A stretch of 64,000 nt of DNA from Tricharina praecox (taxonomy: Eukaryota). The position numbers were made by a program, and so were the translations under genes. The notes below the pieces were generated by a model, which was not told the DNA's origin, made no database searches, and saw only the letters and a program-made list of their open reading frames with translations. The DNA is taken from positions 1,240,001 to 1,304,000 of the forward strand of contig NW_026250408.1 in NCBI RefSeq assembly GCF_024521635.1. Reading direction: 5' to 3'. Shown in pieces: positions 45,437-55,663 of this stretch; the first letter of the stretch is position 1, and each line of letters begins with the position of its first letter.

Positions 45437-47353
45437 CTAACTGCAGTAATGCCTTCGGATCAATCCCCTCGGCCTGTCCACCTGGTGATACCGGATAGGG
45501 GGAGGAGTGCCGTCTTCGGAAGGAGGGACGTGGTGCCAGGGCCATGTGATGACCGGACCGGTGTGCGTGTCCTTATCGTTGATGATGACAGCTGAAGGCT
45601 CTAGTGGGCTCTCGTCGTCGGTCGGCCCGCTGGCGAAGCGGATAATTTTCAGCTTTTTCGCGGGGGAAGGGTTAGCTGATGCGCCTTCCGGGGTTTCCGG
45701 TGGAGAAGTGGGAGAAGTAGGAGGATGAGGAGGAAGGGTGGAATCGCGCTGCTCACTGGAGCGCGCGTATCTGTAATCGCGCTGGGGTCGCTCCCGGTCC
45801 GAGTATGAGGGAGAGCGGTTTTGGCGGTCGTAGGATTGCTCTTGAGAGCGTGGTGGGGAATAGCGGCCCTGCTGCAATTCGGAACGCTGAGCCCCTTGCC
45901 GGCTGTAGGATTGCTCCTGAGATGAGGGAGTAGAGGGGTGTTTGCTGTCGTAGGACCGGTCTTGAGAGGATGGTGATTTGGCGTAGTCGAAGGATTTGTC
46001 GACGTCGACGTCGTGCTCGATGCTCGATTGCCGTTTATATTGGTAGAGTTTTTCGCCGTGGGTGGGTTTCAAGGCCTCGTCTTCACTGATCATTCTTTCG
46101 AGCTCGGCGAACTTTGCAGCGATCGCACTGGCTTTTTCGGTGTCTTTACGGACCATTTGTTTGTAGACTGCCTTCTCCGGCTCCTGCACCTGCACTGGCT
46201 TCTTCCCCTCCATCTCCCTCAGCCTCTGCCTCTCCCTCTCCATCTCCCTCAGCTTCTCCCTCTCCCTCTCCCTCTCCCTATCCCGCTCCTCCCCCGACAG
46301 CTGTGTCCGGACCTCCCCTGGGAGATATTCGCGGTATTCAGACAGTTTCGTGATCACTGGACCGTCCATTGGAGCTGGATAGTGCGGGTCCTTCCGCTCC
46401 GGCTCCGGGGATGCATCTCGAAAGAGAGTTGGTCTCCTGATGGTCGGACCGGAGTGCGATTCGATCGGTTCCGTCCTTGTCGGCTTAAGGATTGTATGCA
46501 TGGGGCGGTTCACAAGTCCCTTCTGGCCGTCGTCCTCCACCGGCTGAGGCTTGAGCAATCCATCGAACCGTACCCTGCCACGATCAATCAAGATTCCCGG
46601 CCGTACAGCCATAATATCCTTCTCCTTCGGATCCGTATGAGGACGGTGGAACGGCGACACGTTCAACCTGATCGCCTTATCCCCCCGCGGCACCACGTCC
46701 GCCATCCTCTGGCGCGCCAACACCTCTTCCCGCCCACCCAGCACCCCCGAAAACGTAATCTGGCCCTTGGTCATATTCCACGGGCCAATGCCCTTACACC
46801 TCTCGAGGCGGGCGCGCACCCACTTTTCGACGAGGTCGGCATCTGGGAACCCCTTCGTCTTGGCCAACTCGATAATATCCTCGACGGTCTCCACCCTGCG
46901 CACCCGCCGCTTCTCGAACGCGATACTGAGGCCGTACTCGATGCGGCCGCCGAGCAGCTCCGTGTCCGGCCACTTCTTGCTCATGATGTCGGACACGTAC
47001 TTCTGGAAGTTCTGGATGTCTAGGATCTCCTCTTCGGGCGCAGTCGACACGATCAGGATCGCGGGAGACCCCGGCTTGAATACGCCCTTGATGTGTAGGT
47101 TCGTCGATTGGCCCTTGATGATCGTGACCCGCTTCGTCGCCCGCAAAGAGGGGAAGCGGAACATGGCTAATGCCATGGAGCGCGGGGAGGGACGCATGGT
47201 GATTTGCGCTTTGGAGGGGGAGGAGGGAGCGTGGTGGGGGGAGTGTGGAATCCTTCGTGGTTGAGTGATCGGGCGTGGCGGGGTGGTGGGAAATGTTTTG
47301 CTAGTGGGTTTAAGGTTGCAGTAGCGCAAAGGAGGCTTGGCATAAGGGTGCAT
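45437..47353 (-). CDS. Hypothetical protein, up to 638 aa; true start may be 47197 or 47164 (MFRFPSLRATKR, possible mitochondrial presequence)
   Basis: Long uninterrupted ORF with a globular-looking N-terminal half and a low-complexity ER/SQ/P-rich C-terminal half. No family recognised. Confidence 0.7.
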   Translation of the reverse strand: MHPYAKPPLRYCNLKPTSKTFPTTPPRPITQPRRIPHSPHHAPSSPSKAQITMRPSPRSMALAMFRFPSLRATKRVTIIKGQSTNLHIKGVFKPGSPAILIVSTAPEEEILDIQNFQKYVSDIMSKKWPDTELLGGRIEYGLSIAFEKRRVRRVETVEDIIELAKTKGFPDADLVEKWVRARLERCKGIGPWNMTKGQITFSGVLGGREEVLARQRMADVVPRGDKAIRLNVSPFHRPHTDPKEKDIMAVRPGILIDRGRVRFDGLLKPQPVEDDGQKGLVNRPMHTILKPTRTEPIESHSGPTIRRPTLFRDASPEPERKDPHYPAPMDGPVITKLSEYREYLPGEVRTQLSGEERDREREREREKLREMERERQRLREMEGKKPVQVQEPEKAVYKQMVRKDTEKASAIAAKFAELERMISEDEALKPTHGEKLYQYKRQSSIEHDVDVDKSFDYAKSPSSQDRSYDSKHPSTPSSQEQSYSRQGAQRSELQQGRYSPPRSQEQSYDRQNRSPSYSDRERPQRDYRYARSSEQRDSTLPPHPPTSPTSPPETPEGASANPSPAKKLKIIRFASGPTDDESPLEPSAVIINDKDTHTGPVITWPWHHVPPSEDGTPPPIRYHQVDRPRGLIRRHYCS

Positions 47354-50300
47354 CCCTCTTCACGTGCCGAATTGGATAACTCTGCCACGCAATGGCCTTG
47401 CCGCGTTCCTAGAACCGGGAAGGAATATCCCCTACTATGAACGCGTCTGCCTGGAGTCCCCTCGACGGAACACATGACAGCGCGTGGTAGTTACTCAGGA
47501 GACAGCGGCATCGTATCTCGAACACACCATCTCACCCAACGTATCCTGTCCGGCAGTTACCGCATCTACGGTCACGCGTCCATGTCTCATCCATCACATA
47601 CCAGTCTCGTCAGTTCCGGCTCCTGTAGTGGTACGTACTCACTCTAACTCATCAAGCAAGAACTAGGATATGTACCGTCTCTGGGGGCCGGAGCCCGGCT
47701 CGCCAGCCTCATTTTGGGCGTTCTTCCAGACCTGTTGTCTGTCACACGGGAAGAGGTGGCAGTTAATCCAAGCGTTGATATTGCTGTCTCAGGGCGAAAG
47801 TCCAACGTGCCGATTTCCCGGTGCATTGAATAGAGTACAGTACCTAGATTAGAGTAGAGTACGTACCAAGGCTCGTTAATCGACTCGCTCGAGAAGACAT
47901 CGTCAGGATGTAGAGTAAAGTGCGTGACGCAGAAGCCGAAGTCGTGATCTCTACACAGATACTCTATTACTCTAAAACTAGTTAACCGCCACCAACGGCC
48001 ATCACCATCACCATCACCACCACCACAACCGTCTCGGGGCGGAGCATAGAGAAGCGTAAGCTGCAGCGATCGTCACTGTATCTACAAATCTATCCCCCCC
48101 GCCGCCCGTAGTTACCGCCCATATTGCAGCATCCAAAGTCCAAAGTCCAGACTCCAGATCCTCCATAGAAGATGACAATATTGCATAGGATAGGCCGTCG
48201 CATCGTGAATATCTCACGCGCGCGCCGGCCTTTTCGTAGGCTAGGAACCCGCGATCTGCGATCTCCCCCCCGCACCCCCACCCCCACACTACACCAGGTA
48301 CCCCTCCCTACGCATAGAGCATGCACTGCGACTGCGAATCTACGGAACAGACCCTGATCCGTGCGCAAGCACGCCCCTCCCCCCTCCCCCATCCCCCCCG
48401 CAGAGCGCAGAGAACCCATGCGGCTGCCCAGCCGGCACCCCGAAGCCGTTGCGCGTAGGCCTCGATGTATGTATGTAGCAATACCGCAGCATGACTCCTG
48501 TCCTGCCCTGCCCTGCCCTGTCTTGCGGCAGGGAATATCAGGATCAGGGCCGTTTGATTTTGTGCAGCTTGTGCAGGTTCTGCCGCTGTTCGTGTTTGTT
48601 TGTGTATATTAATCGCCTGCAGATGAACCAACCTTGCGCACTTCAATATGGTCATCACGATGGTCGTCAGCGCGGGAGCCCGGGAGCGCGAGTGAGCTGT
48701 CGTGAGTCAGCACTGCTAGGTATAACTGCCGAGGTGCAGAGGTCGAGGTGCAAACGCTGAAACATCGTGTTTGTCCTCCCTCCCTGGTATAGATATTTCG
48801 ATAGCGGGGGCCGGGGACGGGGACGGGGGAGTGATGACGATACATAGAGGTTGTATTGTACTCCCACAGTTATCGGTGTTGTATAGCGGGCTAGTTGTGT
48901 CCATATGCGTGCTGGGACCCCAGAGTCCAGACACTAGCAACCCTCCGAGATGTCTCGGAGCAATCGGAGGAATCGGAAGAATCGGGGGATCGCCGTCGGG
49001 CATGGATTGCCTAATATGGCGTCGGCCGCTAGACTCGACCGCATAAACTGACCGCATATCATAACTGACCGCAAGAGCGGGCGAGAATTGGATTCGGAAG
49101 AGGAAGAGCAAAAGGATGCGGCTTCGGAGGTTTTCGGTGCGGAGGGGGCCGGGGCACTGGGGGCGCGTGGGACTGGAGGGCTTGGAGGAGGGCTTGGAGG
49201 AGGGCTGTGCACCGGGTCCGTAGTGTCGGAACGGGGACGGGGGAATTATTGGCCGTGTTGTGTTGTGAATAAAGGGCTGGGGGAATGAGCGATGATGCCT
49301 GGCTGCGTATGATACCATAGGGAGGATCACATCCTCGTTAGAACTTGGAACATGAAGGGAGGAAGGAAGCTTGTTTGTTTTAGCGATTGGGGAAATCCAT
49401 GTACCGAGTTCAACCAAGACTCTAACGATCATCATGAGTCGTGCTCGGGGCGAAACTCGTTCTCATCAACCCCTGAGCCCTGAGTGTTTTTGGTGATTGG
49501 AACAGTTCTAAGTTCCAACCTTCAAGTCCGCCGACACGACTCAGGTGCCGAGATTCCAGTCGCTATCAAGCTCGGCGTACATATCCAAGATACCTATCAG
49601 TGAATCAGTGATCACGGAGTTAACTAGAAGTTAGCACCTCCGCCCTATGAACCACTACGGCGGTATACCGCCGCACTCGGCCCAAGTGCTGATATGTGAG
49701 TACCTGGTAGCTAGTGCGCGGCGCGGCGCCACAGGCACAGCCCAAGATCCAAGAGCCAAGAGTCAGCATTTCTCATCCGGTATGCACTTCGACCGTATGT
49801 ACTTCGGTGCGCTTAACTCCTGGGCATGTATATATATCTGTGGGGATGAGGAATAAGCTATCCGGCCGCGCGGATTGGTGTTGTTCCAGCCAAGATGGTA
49901 TGTTGTTGTTCCAGCCAAGATGGTATGTAAATAAATACATACAGGGAGCCATGATGGTGATGATGATGATGATGATGATGGCACCGCACGCGGCCGCGAA
50001 AGTCGGAGTCGAGGTAAGTCAAGAACAGAACAGCGGTTAGAAATGCCGCTTTTCCGGTGATGTGCTCACTTCAGCAGCAGTTAGAGAATGAAACGTATGC
50101 TGAAGATCCGAAGTCTACTGTTCCAGTTCGGCGGGAGCAACAAATATCAATGTGACGAGTTGGCTGGTAGTTAGTTATGGAGGGTTTGATATAGTAAACA
50201 CCGCCTGATATTACCATGTACTTACCTACCTGGCTGCACATCATCAGCAAATCGGCGGAGTACATACTCTAATCTGGTCTCCGCACAAGGTACTTGGGGG

Positions 50301-51620
50301 TTACTATAGTAGAGCACTCAGTCAGTGGATTGGATTGGACCGTCCTCCACTGGAGTAAAGAATTCTCCAGTCAGTCAGTCCGTCATTCCGTCAGAGCGGA
50401 ATCTGTAGATCGATTGGGCGGCGCCCACTCCATTAACGCACCACCCATTTTCTTCTTCGTCGGACTCAAGACGGATCCAGCAGGAATACCGGCCAGCAGC
50501 TGTGTTGCTGTCCCTCGAGTCCTGTCATACCACATCTCCCATGTCTCCCATTGTGTTCCCCGTCCTGTCCTCGTGAGGGATTTCCAGAGCTCCTGCTGTT
50601 TCATATCCCCACCGAAGCTATGCCATATGTCCTGGACGCACAAAGCTTGAGTTGGAGGGTGTGGACGAAGTTGCAAACGTGGTCCCCGTCGTAGATACCC
50701 CGCTCAATATTGGAGTGAAAGGGTGAAAGAATAAGTCTTGGTGAATCAAAGAGGAGTTGGAGAATCATGGCTATAGGCAACGGTTGGACAGGCTGGCAAA
50801 CGCATAGATCTCCGTGGTTGATGGATGGGATTAGCGAAAGGCTTGTATAGGTAGCGACACGGATATGTTGCTAAATGGACCGTCTTCTATGGCACGACGA
50901 AGGAGTCATCTGGACCCTCTTCACTTGGCACTCCTCGATAGAAGAAACCAGGTAGTAGGTATCACCGATTCAGAGACATCACTTCCAACACATCGTATGT
51001 ATGCATACGATACGACACTCAAACTCCAATCCGATGCTTTGAATCCAAGAATTCCATTCACTGCAATACCTATACTACTCGCACAATCCATTGCATCCAG
51101 CATTGTAACCAATCATCCGTGAATCATGACAATGAAATGTCATATCCAAATCGAACACATCCCCCTGTTCGTCCGTCCATTCATATTCATTGCAGTCCAA
51201 TACCAATAATCCCCATCCCTTCGATCCATCCATCATATCCACCGTTATCCATCCGTCCAAGTATCCAACCGTCAAGCGTGAAACTAACCTCCACGCCGTC
51301 CAGTAGTGATCCTAGGCCATAGCTACCACCCGGTGGTGCTTTCCCCTTGGATGCTTTCCCCTGTTGATATCCAAAATCTGTCCGTTTGATGCCCACCGCC
51401 CAACCTAATAGCTGCCCCTCCACCATCCAACCAAACCCTAGCTGTCCAGTCCATTATGATTATTGTTAGTCCGTCCTCCATCGCCGAAGCCAAACACAAG
51501 CAAAATAAAAAACACCACCACCCACCCAGCCGTAGAAAAACAAATAAAAACAAAACTCCATAGCACCGTAGAAACATAATAAATGAAAATAGACATTTCA
51601 TTTCTCGTCCCACAGCCGCA

Positions 51621-53504
51621 CTACCCATCAGCGGCACCGTCGTCGTCCTTTCTCCGGATCCGATCCCTGACGCGTCTATACTTCTCCGTGAACCTGGTCC
51701 ACCCGGCCCTGAACCGCTCGGTCCTGTTCCCCCCAGCTGGCCAGGGGTACGGGGTCCGGGGTCGTGGCCGCGGTCCGGCAGTATTGGGAAGTTCGGCAGT
51801 ATTGGGAGGCTCGGCAGTATTGGGTGGTTCGGCAGCATTGGGTGGTTCGGCAGTATTGGCTGGTGTGGGGGGGACGGGAAAGCTCACTCTTGAGCCCGGA
51901 GAAGCCACGACGTCAGGCAGGGTTGGAGTAGGGACGAATTGGGGTGTGGGGTCTAGCCGTGATGCTGTAGATGGGCGTGGAGTGGGGCTGCCGCTTCCCC
52001 TGGGTGATGCGCGGGGAGTCGGAGTGCCACTTCGTTCGGGTGATGGAAGGAGTCCTACGCTGAAGTGGGAAATATCTGGGGATTCCAACTGTGGCGCCTC
52101 AAGCGGTGAAGGGGTCTCGGGGGGAGTTGGCTCCTGTGAAGGAGCGAAGGGACTTGGCTCCTCAAGCTGTGAAGGGGCCACCACGGCACCTGGTGCCACA
52201 AGCGGTGAAGGGGTCTCGGGGGGAGTTGGCTCCTGTGAAGGAACGAAGGGAGTTGGCTCCTCAAGCTGTGAAGGGGCCTCCAAGGCACTTGGCTCCTCGA
52301 GCTGTGGAGGGGTCCCGGGGGGACTTGGTTCCTCTGAATGTGAAGCATATGGTTGATTCGGCGTGCCAGGGCGGCTTTGTGGTGGACTTCGTACGGCGCT
52401 CCTCGTCCCGAGGGCGGCTGTGGTGACTGAAGTGTCCTTTTGGGCGAGAGCGGAGGCGTTGTTAGTGGTATCATCACCCGTCGAGGGCACGGCTTGAGCA
52501 GTATCCAACGAGCCGATCCTAGCAGGAGACTGATTTGCAGCACGGTTCTTCAAGATTGACTTTTCCGGGACTGAGCTCTTCCTTGAGCGGTTGCTTCCAG
52601 TGGAGCTCTTCCTAGGTATCACCTTGCTGGCCAGACTGGCCTTGGAGGTAGCAAGACGAAGCAACTTCTGTGCTGGTCCGGGCTCTGCATGCGCTGGTAA
52701 AAGCGGGGCCTCCCATTCCCCAGTCTCGCTCTTGATTATCACCTCGCCGAATCCCACTACCGGGCTATGCGACCTCGTAGGACGCGAGCGCTCCTGCTCC
52801 TCGGGGATCAGGTTTGCCGTTAGCTCGGCAATATTTTGGTTTATCTCTGTGTTCTTCTTTATGAGGGGATCCAAATCTCTGTCGTAATTCTTGGGAAGAG
52901 GGCCCGGAACCTCGTCCGGATCTTCCGGAAAGTCGTCGAGGAGAGACCGATAGCGATAGGTGGGACGAGGTGGTGGTGGGGGCGAGTGGTGGCGGCGTCG
53001 GCGGGGTGGACTAGCGGACGGGGAACGTGTGGATCGGTTGCTGGAGATGGAGGCCCGGGAGCTACTATCTGGCGAGGCCCGGGAGCTAACCCATGGTGAG
53101 TCCCAGGTCGGCGGAGAAGACCTCTCCTCAGATGTAGGATCGACATTCTCCTTAGCAGTCTCAGGAGGCGCAGCCTCCTCAGAAATTGTGGGGATATTGA
53201 CTTGAAATCTCTCTGGAATAACCCTCGGCCTCAGATTGTCGTAATTGATTTCTGGAAGCGGGCTGAGGTCTACCGGGGGAGACGACAGCTCGAGCGTAGT
53301 AGCAGTGAGGAATGATGACCACTGGCTAGCCGAGACGGAGCGTTTCCGGTAGAACTCCATTTCAATAAGCGTGAAGTCGGGGTCATCGGGTGGGTAATCC
53401 GGGAAAGCTGTTGCTTCCGTTCTGCTATCGGCTGGGTCGCTCCGGACACTGTTCGTCTTCCGAAGAAGCATGCCCGGAAAGTACACTTTCATCGGATTGA
53501 GCAT
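51621..53504 (-). CDS. Hypothetical Pro/Ser-rich disordered protein with internal repeats, 627 aa
   Basis: ATG-initiated ORF in which frame-preserving 99-bp and 18-bp (NTAEPP) repeats support coding status. Confidence 0.7.
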   Translation of the reverse strand: MLNPMKVYFPGMLLRKTNSVRSDPADSRTEATAFPDYPPDDPDFTLIEMEFYRKRSVSASQWSSFLTATTLELSSPPVDLSPLPEINYDNLRPRVIPERFQVNIPTISEEAAPPETAKENVDPTSEERSSPPTWDSPWVSSRASPDSSSRASISSNRSTRSPSASPPRRRRHHSPPPPPRPTYRYRSLLDDFPEDPDEVPGPLPKNYDRDLDPLIKKNTEINQNIAELTANLIPEEQERSRPTRSHSPVVGFGEVIIKSETGEWEAPLLPAHAEPGPAQKLLRLATSKASLASKVIPRKSSTGSNRSRKSSVPEKSILKNRAANQSPARIGSLDTAQAVPSTGDDTTNNASALAQKDTSVTTAALGTRSAVRSPPQSRPGTPNQPYASHSEEPSPPGTPPQLEEPSALEAPSQLEEPTPFVPSQEPTPPETPSPLVAPGAVVAPSQLEEPSPFAPSQEPTPPETPSPLEAPQLESPDISHFSVGLLPSPERSGTPTPRASPRGSGSPTPRPSTASRLDPTPQFVPTPTLPDVVASPGSRVSFPVPPTPANTAEPPNAAEPPNTAEPPNTAELPNTAGPRPRPRTPYPWPAGGNRTERFRAGWTRFTEKYRRVRDRIRRKDDDGAADG

Positions 53505-53967
53505 GATGGCGGTTGGGATCGCTATTAAATATCAGAACCTGCTGATGTGGGCTTCGAGGAGGGAGGAGTGGAGAGTCTCCATACCACTTGCACTGCGTAT
53601 CTAGCTGGGTATGGGCGGGAATATGTAAACACTGCTCAGCAGTCGACCTGCGCAGTCTCCGGCACAAGGATATCACAGGGTAGGCTGTGGAGTGGTAATG
53701 TATATACGAGGAGTAGCGGCTAATGGGAATAGATTGAAGAATATCAGAGCATTGAGTGTTGTAATTAAAGATATACTTTGAATGGAGGTGGAATGAAGGG
53801 TGAGACGGGGAGGAGGAGAGCACGTCGAAGCAGAGATGGAGGGGGACATAATAAGAGGACTAACGACGTAACGGTGGGCACTATGTCTCACTCGAGAAAG
53901 CCCAAAGCGGATATGACCAACGTTCATGGCCACCATCGATCGAACCACCATGGCGCCAGCTGCATGG

Positions 53968-54087
53968 CCACCAGCACCAGCACCACCACCAGCACAACCA
54001 CCGGCACCAGCACCACCAGCACCACCAGCACCACCAGCACCACCACCAGCACCACCACCCACCACCACAGTCACCACCACCAGCACC
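53968..54087. repeat. (CCACCAGCA)n / CCA-rich tandem repeat
   Basis: Read directly from the sequence. Confidence 0.85.
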
Positions 54088-55663
54088 ACGAACCAACCAA
54101 CCAACAGCCACGAAAACGACATGGCCAATTTCTGCTCTTTCTGCTGCAATGAGCCGAAAGCTTCGAGATAGGCCTTCCGATGCTTCTTGGTTAGATCTTC
54201 CGTCTGCTGCTGCCCTCTTGCGCTCGTGTGTTTTGGGTGTGGCCACGATCTGGCCATGCGCATTGGTTAAAGTTCCGCTGGATTGCTTTCTCTGTGGGAG
54301 GGCGGGTGTGCATCGTGGGACGTTGTAGCCCAGTGCGGGCATGCTCTCCTCATCTCTCGGCGACGGACGAGTCACCTCTGTTACTCTATGCGAACCACCT
54401 ATCAGCCCATGCTAACTAACTGTGCCTTCCTCCTAACTACCACCGCCCCAACCACTGACAACCGCCGCTCCATCACGACCACAACTACGACCAAGACCTC
54501 GATGGGTACGTCGGTCTGTATCGCACCCGTCCCCTCATCAATCAAGCAGCCCTCGCCCCTACATCTCACAGACGCGGCCCCAACACACACCTTATGGCCC
54601 GGCCCCGCTAATCACATCCTTACAGCCATGGAGTGACAAGCTTTCTCTTGTTCGGCGGTTTTGCCGGGTGGCACACAACCAAGCACCCCGACCACGCATC
54701 GATATGTGGGGAATGTTTCATGAATAGTCGCGCCGAAATGAACCACAACGCTCCGTGCGTGCATCGCACGAGGGGACCTGCTAGTTCGCGGATCAAAAGC
54801 TTGTTTGTGTGTGTTCTGTGCGTGCCCCATGGAATATATACTCTATGTACTCTATGTACATACTATAATGTGCACCACTCTACGGATGACTTCCTGAAGC
54901 AACGGAACAGGGCATAGCGTGCCTTGTCACTCTCCGGCAGAGAGACCAGGAATGGGTCGGGAGCGCTGGAGAGACAGCTGGCAGAGCCGACACGACGGGG
55001 GTGCTTAGAATATTGCTACCGACTGAGATCCCCGAGCAGCATGTTCTATATGAACTTGTCTCCACCTGGCCGGTAACAACGGCAATAGTCGACAGCGCGA
55101 GGGCGGCCAGCTGACTGCCTGGTTGACTGACCGAGCGACGATGTGATCACAATCATCTATCTCTATCGCGGGGCGTGACGAATAGGGTTCCGCCTAACAC
55201 GACGCGAACGACCAAACGACGACTACTTCGCATTTGCGGCGATATGGTACGTTTTCCGCTGCTGCTGCTCCTTCTTATGACGGCATTGTACAGTTCACTG
55301 CGGTCGACGGCGGTTGGTTGGCAGTACGCGTACATGTACGACCAATCTATGTTGGTGGAGGAGTCGAGGCGCCAGAATAGATGTGAGCAGCGCCCGCCGT
55401 CGATACAAGCTCTACTATAAATTCTTTTAATTCTATAAAAGAATAATGCGCTTTATGGTGATCGTGCAGAGTTCGCAACCTTCAGCCCCCTGGAAGTTTC
55501 GGAAATTCGGAGCAGTTCATAGCCCCGGTCGCTGTTTCATGGAGCCGCACACGTGACCTTAACTACACTAAATTCGACATTTTTTTGGTCACTCCACAAA
55601 ACCGACCCCCACCCGGTCCCGAACGTTCACCTACCCATGCCCCACACCGCCGCGACTCGATGA

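Noticed and set aside
47400..51600. ORFs, tRNAs or snoRNAs in the long intergenic region
   Set aside because: No tRNA T-loop/cloverleaf or convincing C/D box pair seen; ORFs look like low-complexity non-coding translations.
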